From an uncultured virus (IMG/VR IMGVR_UViG_3300029787_000026) (Duplodnaviria; Heunggongvirae; Uroviricota; Caudoviricetes; Crassvirales): a DNA stretch of 64,000 nt. The stretch lies in IMG/VR virus record IMGVR_UViG_3300029787_000026; one strand, given 5' to 3'. The notes under the pieces were generated by a model that was not told the DNA's origin, searched no databases, and saw only the letters and a list, made by a program, of their open reading frames with translations. The translations under genes were made by a program, and so were the position numbers. The stretch's first letter is position 1; each line of letters opens with the position of its first letter. Below, piece after piece: positions 35,727 through 46,200 of this stretch.

Positions 35727-37295
35727 ATGCCTGCGATAATAGAAGTAAAATACTTTAATACCTTCTTGTTAAAGAAAGTCAACGATTACGAACAAGGTAG
35801 CGGTGATGCATTAGAACCAGTTTGGGACGGTTCAAGAGGTATACCACAAGCTTTAGGTGGTTACCCTAGAATTAGTACTATAGGTTCAGATGCTTTTGAC
35901 TGGGCTATTGAAGAATCTAGAATTAGAGGTGGATATAATAACACGTCTGTATCACTAGGTGTAAAAGCTTATTTAGTTGAAAACGAACCGCTTGGCGCTA
36001 TTAGAGGTAATGCTATGATTTATTCTGGTATATATAATTCTAGAACAGGTATTAACGATACAAATGTATTTAGCGTTGGTGAAGAGATTACTAAAGCAGC
36101 TGATCCAGCAAACGGTAGTATACAAAAACTATATGCAGAAGATACTAACTTAATTATATTTCAAGAAAATAAAGTTAGTAGAGCTTTAATAGATAAAGAT
36201 GCTATATATACTGCAGAAGGTGGTGGTGTTCCTGTTAGTCAACTTAATTTAGTTATAGGTCAAATAGTTCCTTATGCTGGTAATTATGGTATTAGTAGAA
36301 ATCCAGAAAGCTTTGCTGTCTATGGTTATAGAAAGTACTTTGCAGATATGGATAGAAACGCTGTACTAAGGTTGTCAAGAGATGGTATAACAGAAATATC
36401 TAACTATGGTATGTTTGATTATTTTAGAGACAATCTAAGTAGTGTTAACGCTAACAACGCTCAGTTAGGAAAAGTTATTGGTGGTTGGGATATGTATCAA
36501 AAACAATATGTAATATCACTACAAGGATATAGTAATCCTACTCCTGGTTTACCTAATGATCCACCTAGATACCAAACATTAGCTTTTGACGAAACCGTTT
36601 TAGGTTGGACTAGTAGATTTACTTATAGACCAATTGAGATGTTTAGTTTGAAGGGTACTTTTTATTCTATTGGCTATGAGCAAGAACAACAAAGCGGTGG
36701 TAGTTATAAGGATACCGCGCCCACTTTATGGCAGCATAACTTAGGTCAAAGAGCTAATTTTTATAATAGACAGTATGACTCACAAATAACATTTATATTT
36801 AACCCTAAAGTTAGTTTATCTAAAAACTTTAAAACAGTTAATTATGAAGGAAGTAATGGTTGGGAAGTTTATGCTTTTCAAAGCGATGCTACTGGACCAG
36901 ATGAGTTTAATGATACTTACATTAACTACTTTGATGTTGTTGGTAATCCACCGGTTTACGTTCCAGCTGTTAGTAGTTTTTATGAGGGTGAATATGTAAT
37001 AAACCCGGCTGACGGACAAGCGGTAGATAGGTTAGATTATCTTAGTGTTTTTGGAACAGTTAATCCAGCATTACCAAGAGAGTATGCGGGGTTTGATAGA
37101 AAAGAAAATAAATACTACGCTAACTTAGTTAACGATACACAACCGTCTGAGGGTGAAATTGTTTTTGGTGCAGACATGACTGGAATAAAAGGATACTATT
37201 GTACGGTTGTAGTACAAACAGATCAATCCACAGATGTTGGTGGTGTAAAAGAATTATTTGCAGTCTCTTCAAACTATGTAGAGTCAGCCTATTAA
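35727..37295 (+). CDS. Tail nozzle/stabilisation protein C-part
   Basis: GSIQKL..LIIFQENKV, YGISRNPESFA, LRLSRDGITEIS..GM beta-propeller-like motifs. Confidence 0.65.
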   Translation: MPAIIEVKYFNTFLLKKVNDYEQGSGDALEPVWDGSRGIPQALGGYPRISTIGSDAFDWAIEESRIRGGYNNTSVSLGVKAYLVENEPLGAIRGNAMIYSGIYNSRTGINDTNVFSVGEEITKAADPANGSIQKLYAEDTNLIIFQENKVSRALIDKDAIYTAEGGGVPVSQLNLVIGQIVPYAGNYGISRNPESFAVYGYRKYFADMDRNAVLRLSRDGITEISNYGMFDYFRDNLSSVNANNAQLGKVIGGWDMYQKQYVISLQGYSNPTPGLPNDPPRYQTLAFDETVLGWTSRFTYRPIEMFSLKGTFYSIGYEQEQQSGGSYKDTAPTLWQHNLGQRANFYNRQYDSQITFIFNPKVSLSKNFKTVNYEGSNGWEVYAFQSDATGPDEFNDTYINYFDVVGNPPVYVPAVSSFYEGEYVINPADGQAVDRLDYLSVFGTVNPALPREYAGFDRKENKYYANLVNDTQPSEGEIVFGADMTGIKGYYCTVVVQTDQSTDVGGVKELFAVSSNYVESAY

Positions 37296-37306
37296 AATTT
37301 AATTAT

Positions 37307-37705
37307 ATGAAAATAAAAAGAATAGAAGAGTCAAACTTTGACGAGATAAGTCAATGGTGGCTTGATTGGGAAATGCCAATACCTGATCCAGATTATTTAC
37401 CACACGATAGCACAGGTGGATATATAGTATCAAAAGATGGCGTTAACGTAGCAGCTGGTTATTTGTATTTTACAAACGCTAGAATAGCTTATGTAGATTT
37501 TGTTATATCAAACATAAAATATAGAAAAAAAGATAGAAACGAATTAATAACACAACTAATAGATTACATGGTTAATCACGCGATAAAAGTTGGTTGTAAA
37601 TTTGTTTGGGCTACATCGGCCGAACCTGGTATTGTGAGTAAAGTAAAAAGCTTAGACTACTCGGTGTTAGAAGAAAAACATTCAATAATATATAAATATG
37701 CATAA
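37307..37705 (+). CDS. GNAT-like acetyltransferase between nozzle and ejection genes
   Basis: VAAGYLY..IAYVDFVISN..YR.. then helix; ATG at 37307; position analogous to T7 gp13. Confidence 0.6.
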   Translation: MKIKRIEESNFDEISQWWLDWEMPIPDPDYLPHDSTGGYIVSKDGVNVAAGYLYFTNARIAYVDFVISNIKYRKKDRNELITQLIDYMVNHAIKVGCKFVWATSAEPGIVSKVKSLDYSVLEEKHSIIYKYA

Positions 37706-37708
37706 AAC

Positions 37709-38398
37709 ATGGGAAGCGTAGCAGGAGGAATAGTAAAAGGCATCGGAGCCATAGGCGCTGGTAGAAGAGCTAGAAGAGCTCAAAGACGTGCCGCTCGTGA
37801 GCAAAGACGTAGAGAAGCCCAGTTACAAAGACTGGAGAACAGTAGGCAGCCAGTGGTAAACCCATATGCTAGTACCACCGACTTGTCTGGTTTAGCAACA
37901 GATTTAAGCGGTATGATTTCTAATCCATACGCAAGCCTAGGTGTTGCAACACAAGCCGCAGAGATGCAAGCTGAAGAAGCAGATATTTCTTTAGCTAATA
38001 CATTAGACACTATAAGATCTACAGGTGCTAGCGCAGGTGGAGCGACAGCTTTAGCTCAAGCAGCATTAAAAGCTAAAAAAGGTGTATCAGCTAGTATAGA
38101 GTCACAAGAGGCTGCTAATGAAAAACTTAGAGCACAAGGTGAATCACAAATGCAACAAATGAAAATGCAAGAACAACAAAGACTACAAGGTATACAAATA
38201 TCTGAAGGTCAAAGAGTTCAAGCCGCAGATGCTCAAGGTAAAGCATTTATGTTTAATGCTACAGAACAACGTGAAGTCGCGAAGATGAATAGAGTTGCAG
38301 GTTTATCTGATAGAGCTTATCAAGAAGGTAGAGACGCTAGAGCTGCTAGAGAAACCGCAACAGGTAATCTATTTGGAGCGGTAGCAAGTATAGTATAA
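37709..38398 (+). CDS. Ejection (internal core) protein, small
   Basis: A/G/Q-rich helical protein with Gly-rich hydrophobic ends. Confidence 0.6.
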   Translation: MGSVAGGIVKGIGAIGAGRRARRAQRRAAREQRRREAQLQRLENSRQPVVNPYASTTDLSGLATDLSGMISNPYASLGVATQAAEMQAEEADISLANTLDTIRSTGASAGGATALAQAALKAKKGVSASIESQEAANEKLRAQGESQMQQMKMQEQQRLQGIQISEGQRVQAADAQGKAFMFNATEQREVAKMNRVAGLSDRAYQEGRDARAARETATGNLFGAVASIV

Positions 38399-38408
38399 AA
38401 ATAAAAAT

Positions 38409-40262
38409 ATGAGTTACGAAAATCCGGCAATGCCACAGGGTGGAAGCCCAATAAATAAATACTTTGACGCACAAAGCAGAAGTGAAGCTTTGTATCAAAA
38501 GGAAAAGCAAAGGCAAGATATTCTTAAAAGACAAAAAGAAAAAGAAAGACAAGCTCAAATAAATAAAATGCAGGAAATGCAGTATAAAGTTGACATGCTT
38601 TCTTTACAAAGAGCCGATGAGTTAAGCAAGATAACTGAAAACCCTACGCTAGATAATGAAGTAACAAGTATATTAAGAGATAGAATAGACGTGGCTTCTC
38701 AAGCCCAGTTGTATCTTATGACAGATTTTAGTGATAATAAAAAAAGAGGTGAAGCAAAAAAAGTTATAGCTGATTATCAAAACTTACTAAACCTAACACA
38801 AGGGTTTGCCTCTAGCTGGTCTGATATAACTAGTTATTGGAATGAAAAAAAAGATGGCATAGGATCTAATATAGCGGTTTTGGGTACGGATAACTATACA
38901 TACGATCAAAATCAGTGGCTTGTAAATTCAATGGCTGGTAAAATACCTAATACAAAAATAAGCTTATCATATGATGAAAAAGACAATGATTTAAAACTTG
39001 TTGTTAGTGGTAAAAATGGTAATGGAGATATTATGCCTACACGTACTATATCCGCTAAGAAATGGATGGAGTTAGACGATAGTGAAGAAAATGATTTTAT
39101 ACAAGAAATTCCTCAAATTTATCAAGAATATGCAAAGTTATTAGGACCAGATAATTTTAACCTATTAACAGCCAAAGGGCAACTAGACCCTAGTATGATT
39201 AAAGGTGATGATATAAGTATTGATATAGGTAATGTAATGTCTGCTGATGGTAAAACAAAAACAGGAACTAAACAAGATATAAGAACGTACTACGATATAG
39301 CAAGCAGAATACCTGGCATGTCTACAAAAGCAGCATCTATGATTGCAGGTGTTGAGGGTATGGGTTTTAATGCTATGAAAAATTTTTATGAATTTAATTT
39401 AAAAATGAATAATGGTGATGGTATTTTGCCTGATAACTATAAAGATTTTGTAGATCAAATAAAAAAAGATATAGTTGGTAAAAAAAATGATGATGGAAGT
39501 CAAGTTACATTTAGTCAAAAACAAGAAGAAGTTTTATCTAGGTTATTAATAGATCAAACTCTTGGTTCAACTGGACTTAAAAAAGATGAAGAGGGAAGAT
39601 ATTATACATCTAAAATAAACGTAGCAGCTGTACAAAAATCTTCAAAGGTACCAAGTGAAAAATCTCAAGCGAATAACGCTTTAGCTGTTCAATTTAACAA
39701 TGCTATTGCAGACGGTCAATTAGATGATTTAAATTTAATTAATGGATTAAAAATTGAAAGAGTTCCGGGTTCTAGTAGAAGGTATGAAGTTAAAGGTAAG
39801 CAAACATCAACAGGTAATCAAGCTGAATACGGTATTCTTGACATACCAGCTGGTGATTTATATAGCCCGGGAGCTGCTGAATTACGTAGATTGTTAGGTT
39901 TACCAGAACAATATAATTTAAAGCCAGATGGCTACGCGACTAAACCTACCACCACCACTGCAACGAATGATATAATTAATTTCTTAAGACCATTACAAGA
40001 AGATTCTGGTGTTGATGGTATTGACGAATTAAAAGTTAACTTTAAAGGTAATGAAATTACGTTTGCTGAGTTAAAAGAAAAAGTAGATGGGCTGGATATT
40101 ATAAATCACTCTGATGTGTTTAGCAGTAAAATAACAATAAAACTACCTTTACAAAATCCAAAAACAGGGGAAAAGTATGCTAAAAAATTCTCAATGCCTC
40201 TTTCGCCTGAAGACAGAAAAGAGATCAGCACACAACTAACAAAGGCATTACTTAAATTTTAA
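38409..40262 (+). CDS. Ejection (internal core) protein, medium
   Basis: 617 aa, N-terminal coiled coil, second of three size-increasing genes. Confidence 0.55.
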   Translation: MSYENPAMPQGGSPINKYFDAQSRSEALYQKEKQRQDILKRQKEKERQAQINKMQEMQYKVDMLSLQRADELSKITENPTLDNEVTSILRDRIDVASQAQLYLMTDFSDNKKRGEAKKVIADYQNLLNLTQGFASSWSDITSYWNEKKDGIGSNIAVLGTDNYTYDQNQWLVNSMAGKIPNTKISLSYDEKDNDLKLVVSGKNGNGDIMPTRTISAKKWMELDDSEENDFIQEIPQIYQEYAKLLGPDNFNLLTAKGQLDPSMIKGDDISIDIGNVMSADGKTKTGTKQDIRTYYDIASRIPGMSTKAASMIAGVEGMGFNAMKNFYEFNLKMNNGDGILPDNYKDFVDQIKKDIVGKKNDDGSQVTFSQKQEEVLSRLLIDQTLGSTGLKKDEEGRYYTSKINVAAVQKSSKVPSEKSQANNALAVQFNNAIADGQLDDLNLINGLKIERVPGSSRRYEVKGKQTSTGNQAEYGILDIPAGDLYSPGAAELRRLLGLPEQYNLKPDGYATKPTTTTATNDIINFLRPLQEDSGVDGIDELKVNFKGNEITFAELKEKVDGLDIINHSDVFSSKITIKLPLQNPKTGEKYAKKFSMPLSPEDRKEISTQLTKALLKF

Positions 40263-40272
40263 TTAATAAAAT

Positions 40273-43200
40273 ATGGAAATATATGTAGATGAGTTTGGCA
40301 ACGAAACAACTGCTCAATCTTTAAGGCAAATGTTTGGAGATCAATGGGAAATTGAAGCAGCCAATCTAGGTTACTCAAAAAAAGCAGAAGGTGTTGTGGC
40401 AGAGGATGCAACTGTAACACCGATAACTCCGGTAGCATCCGAGAATACGGTATCAAGCTTGGAAAACTCTTCATTGGAGTTAGAAGATGAATGGGAGGTT
40501 ATAGTACCTGATCAAACCGAAGTTGTTATACCTAAAGATAGAAAGTTTGGTGATCTAATTGAAATACCAGACTTTGAAAATCAAAACACAAAAGACTTAG
40601 CTAACGTTTACAATACACTATATGGTGGTGAAAACGGTGGTTTTCATTTTGAAGCAGACGGTAAATACGGTTTAAATATTACAGCTTTAAATGGTAATGA
40701 AATAGGTGTAAAAACAGGTTTAACTAACATGGAAATAATGGGTAGCGGATTGTACACCCCTGAAACTGTAGAAATGAAAGATGCAGAGTCCATGATAAAC
40801 GAGTTTTTAAAACTTAACTTTGATAACGAGGCTCAAGAACAGTATAATACTAACATTGATGTTTTTGAGGAAGAGGTAATGTTGAACATTAATGATTTAA
40901 CAAGAAAGTTTTTAGAAGAAGAGGACTACGAGACAGACAACTTTATGCCTGTAAATGGATTATTAACTAGTACACTAAGTGCTGACTATGAAAAATTTAT
41001 TAGACAAAATGTGTCAGAGACTTATAAAGATAATGGTGGATACTTACCTGAGTATCAAATTACTCAAAACGTAAAAAGCATACTACAAGACGTGCAAAGT
41101 AATGAACTTCAACTTAACTACTTACTAAGATCTAAACAGTATGAAGAATTAAAAGACAGTGACAATGGTGATCTTGCTATAGAAGATTTAAAGGTTGGAC
41201 ACATACAAGAAATAGTTGATCCAGCAGAAAAAGAACTAGCGTCTATCAATATGGCTTTAATAAGTAAAGACATAATGTTAAATGAAAACTTTGCAAACTT
41301 AGGTTACAATGAGTCTATTAATTCATTAATGAATGATAGAAAAAAGCTAGAAGCTAGAAGAGATTTATTACAAAAAGAGGTTTTTGGTAAAAACACTAAA
41401 TTTTTATTTAACCTAGATAATGGTTCTTATAGAGTAACACCTGAATCAAAGGGTGGTTTAGTTGTTAAAAATGAAAAAGACTTAACAGAGCAATTTGGCG
41501 TAGCTAAAATACAGGTTAGAGAGATAATGAAAAATAACCCGTTTGCTACAGTTCAATCTAAGTATAATATATTTAATGTTGGGTTTGAAGATTTTCAAAG
41601 ACAAATGCAAGATGAAAAGTATGATATAACAATTAAAGCAAGCATGTTACAAGAAGGATCTCCTTTAGCTGAGAAGCTCAATAGCATGGGTTACAAAATT
41701 GAAACTAAATCATTTGGTAAGGATAAAGTAATTGAGGGCGGAGAAGGTGCTCCATATGTTACACAAGGAGTTGTAAAAGATGTTAGTCTAAAAGACTTAA
41801 TGTATTTAAAAAGAATTGAAACTTCTTTTTTAGGGCCCAACGCTTATCAAGAATTTGATAAAGCTGATAAGTCACAAAAACCTTTGGGTTATACGTTAGA
41901 TCAATATGTAGAAAACTCTAACGTAACATTGAATAGGTTATCTGTAATGCGTGAAGCTTGGAAACAGTTATACTTATTAAATGTAGATCCAGCTAGTATA
42001 GAGGCTAACAACCTAACACCTGATGGTACTGGTATAGAAAAGCTTTGGAAAAATAATTTTGTAGAAGGTTTAGCAGAGGCATTACCTTTTCAAGATCAAT
42101 CAAACTATGGTTATATAGCTAGTAACAAGTTTAATGTAGATACTGATAGAGATATATTAGATAGATTTCAAATGGTAATAGGCGATATAAACGCCAACCT
42201 ACAAGAAGGTGAAAAACCGTTTGAACTAACTAAAGAACAAGAAGAAAACTTTGAACAAGGTTTTGGCGAGGAGTTAGTTCGTGGCCTTGGTGGTTTTGTA
42301 CCTATGATTGCGGAGCTAGCGGCTATAACATATATGACTGGTGGTACTGGAAACTTTTTAGGTACTGGTAGATACTTAAATAAATTAAGAACTGTAACTT
42401 ATCTAGCTAAATCAGGTAAAAATAGCGTAACACCTTTATCACAAGCTGTTGTTGCGGCTAGAGCTAGAAAAGCAAAAATGACAGTAGATGCTTATGCTAA
42501 GTCAAAAGGTTTAACAAAAGCTAGTGGTGATGCTTTACAAAAACTACAAGCTTTAGGTATAATGGGTTTACAAGAAGAAGCTAAAATGGCTGCGCTAGAT
42601 CCTTTGTTTGGTGTAGATATGCCTGTGGGTGCTGGTTTTGGATTTGTAGTTGGTGGTGCTGGTATGAGAAAACTATTACCTACCGGGGTTTTTAAAGGCA
42701 ACTACGCTCCGTTAAATGTATTTTTAGATAAAGGTTTATACTCAGGGCTTGGTGGTATGGCTGGTGCTCAAACGGCGGCTCCAATGGAAGCTATGGTTCA
42801 ATCATTTATGAATCAAACAGACATGCAAACTTTTGCGGAAGAGAAGTATGGTAACATGGAAGACTGGGCTAAACATGCTTTAATGGAAACTATACAGTTT
42901 AGTTTAATTGGTTTAACACATACTAATAAAGCTGATCGTACAATGAGTATGAGAGGTAAAAGAGCGTTACAAGAAAAGCTAGCTGTTGATATAATAAAGA
43001 TGGAAAAACAAATAGGTGAAGGTAAATTATCTAAAACCGATCCTTTGTTTATAAATAAGTCTCAGCTGTTTGAACAAGTTAGTCAACAAATAAGAATATC
43101 AGAAAACAGAGAGAGATATTTAGATAAAAATATCTTAATGGCTGATACAAAATCTTTGTTTGAAAAATATAATAGACAATACAAGAGAGAAACTAAATCA

Positions 43201-46200
43201 GATCAACCTGCTTTTGATTTTAAATTAAATAAGTCTGGTAAAACAGAAGTTGTTTTTAGAGGCAGCAAACCACCTTTGGTTAGAGTTAATGTAAATAAAA
43301 TGACTCCTGGTACAGTACCACATGAGATATTTCACACGATGATGAAGCAACAATTCAAGAATGATGTTGGTTTATCTGGTTCTTTAGCTAGAAACATTTC
43401 GTCAACATTAAATAAAGTTGATTGGACCTTTGGTATTAAAAATGTAAAAGGTGGATTAAAGGGTGTTGTTGAACAAGCTTATGAAAATATACAAAACAAA
43501 GATAGCTTTAGTGAAGAGTTTAATGCAGCTGTTATAGATTTACTTAGATCACCTGAGAACTACGAAAAATTAATAACAGGTAATGTATTTGGTCAAATAG
43601 TACAAGACATATATGGTGCTGTAGAGAAAACATTAGGTAACACACCTATGAAAGGTTTATTACCTGACTTAAACACGCCACAAAAAGTAATAAACTTTTT
43701 AGGTAGATACGGAAAAAGTACAGCGGCGGGTGAGTATAGTCCTGGTATGATAGAGCGTTTTAAAGATATTAAAATACAAAAACAAAAAGATGGAAAAGTT
43801 TATGATCTTTTTGATACTCAGACAGGAGAAAAATTAAACCTAGATAAAGCTGCTCAAGAGCTTTTAAAAACTCAACAACAACGTAATAGAGAATTAGCAG
43901 AAAATATTAAAAACAAATCTGGTGATTACGGTAAAGATATTTATGATTTAATTAAAGATAATCAAGCTTTAATAAATCAATCTTTAGGTTTTAGTACTAA
44001 GCTAGGTGATGTACAGCAAAGTGCTATAACAGACGCTTTAGTATATCAAATGCTGGGTGTAGCAAAAGGTAGAAAGACTGGTATGCTAGATAACTATGAT
44101 GGTAGCACCGAGGTAATGACATATCTTGGTAATACGATCAGATCTCGTAGAAAAGAAATATACGAAGAAGCTGGGCTAGATATGACTAAACGTATCAACG
44201 AGGACATTAGTAATATTAGAGGTATTGCAGACACTGGAGGTTTTAAAGCTGAAAACTTAGATGCACCTAAACCAAAACCTAGAGTTAAGAAAACAGATCC
44301 TAGAGAATTAGATTTAACTATAGATGTTCAAAAAGATCTTATACCTGAAATGCAAAAGGATATAAGTAGTAGAGACATGTCTAAAGAAACTTATAAGTCT
44401 TTGCGTTTAACTGAAGCTGAGGCTAAGTTGCTTGCTGAAACATATGGTATAGTAGATTCAAAAGGTAATCCTTTAGCTGAATGGTTTACAAATCCAAAAC
44501 GTAACTTGCCTAAAGTTGCAATAGAAGGTTTCAGACAATTAAGATCGGATCTAAATAAAAACGCACAAGCTGTTTTAAATATAATACCAGAAGGATTTAC
44601 AGCTGGCGGTAAAGCAACAGGTGTACCAAACAACCTTAAAAAATTATTATATAGAAAAAATAATAACGGCAACTGGGAATTAAGAAAAGATCTTACTATA
44701 AAAGATATACAAAATATATTAAAAGAACCAGCGGGTGCTTTATATAGAGATGCACAAGTGCAAACTATAAAGGGTTTAACTGAATTAGTTTTTAGAGGAT
44801 TAAAAAACAAAGTAGCTAGAGAGGCTCAAGGTACAGGACCTGAATCTAACTCTGTTATTAGAGACTTAGCTGATGGTAAAAATCCACGCATGGCTCAAGT
44901 TATTTTAGATGCTCCTAATAAACCTAAGACTTTAAATAGTATAGAAAAAGTATTTACAGCTTTTGCTAACTACTCAAGAGATCCAGAAGGATTTAGAAAA
45001 CTTTATCCAGATGTTGCTAAGTTTATAGAAGCTGAATCTATTAAAATGTCTGAGGCAGAAGCTACTCGTGGTAAAGCTGAAGCACCTACGTTTAAAAAAG
45101 CTCCTAAAGCTGATATGAAAATAGCTGAAGCTAGTGGCGCACCAAAAGGTGTTAAGATAGAAAATATTATAGATGGAGTAACTGGTAAATCCATGCGTAG
45201 TGTTCAAGGTGATGTTGCTTTATTTGATGTAGCTAGAATAGAAGGTTTCTTTAAAAATATAGAAGACTTAGCAAAATATTATCCTAAAAATTTACCAGAC
45301 TTTTTAAAGACTAAAGAAACTTTATTACAATCATTTGGTAGTAGTAGTAGAGGTACTGGTAGAAATGTTGGTCGTGACGGTGCTAAAATAACTACAGAGG
45401 GTAATTTAATGTCAGAAAGCCCTGTTAGTAAAAATCAATATGAACGAATAGTTAAAAACCTTGGTGAAAAATATCAAGGTGAAATATTTGATAATATAAA
45501 ACCAGGAGACTTTATGACTGAGTCTCAACAAAAAAATGCTTTAAAAAATTATTTTGAAACTAACGATTTAAGCGCACTTAAAAAATACATAAATGCTAGT
45601 GACAACGCTTACAAGGCGGATGTATATTACGCTATGGGTGTTATTAAACAAAAGTATTTATATGATGCTAAAACACCAAAAGAGTTTGAAGCAAGAGCAA
45701 GAACTATATATGATTTAGCGGCAGCTAATTCTAGTACTATACAAGGTTATGGTAGACAATTAGTTCCTGTTATGGCTATTAAAAAAACAGGCACTGTTGG
45801 TAAACTAAAACTAGAGCATTTAAAATCTTCATTAGAACAATCTATGGCAGAAGCCAAAGCTATTGTAGAAGGTAGATGGGCTAAAGATGGTAGAAAAATA
45901 ATGAATGATTATCAGGGTATTATATCATTTAAAAAGTTTTTAAACGTTATAGATAAATTAGGTGGCACAACTAACACGGCTGGTTTGTCTCGTATGGTAT
46001 TAGATTTAAAAGAGTTAAAAGATTATGTAACTGTTGAGAGTGACTTTAAACAAACACTTTATGATAAGTTGATGCAGCAGAACGCGCAAAAACTAGGTCA
46101 ATCAGTTAGAAAACTAGAATCACCACAACTACAAGATGCTATGGCTAGGATGGGACTAGAGCCAAGCAAACCAAATGTTGAAATAGCTAAATATGAGTTA

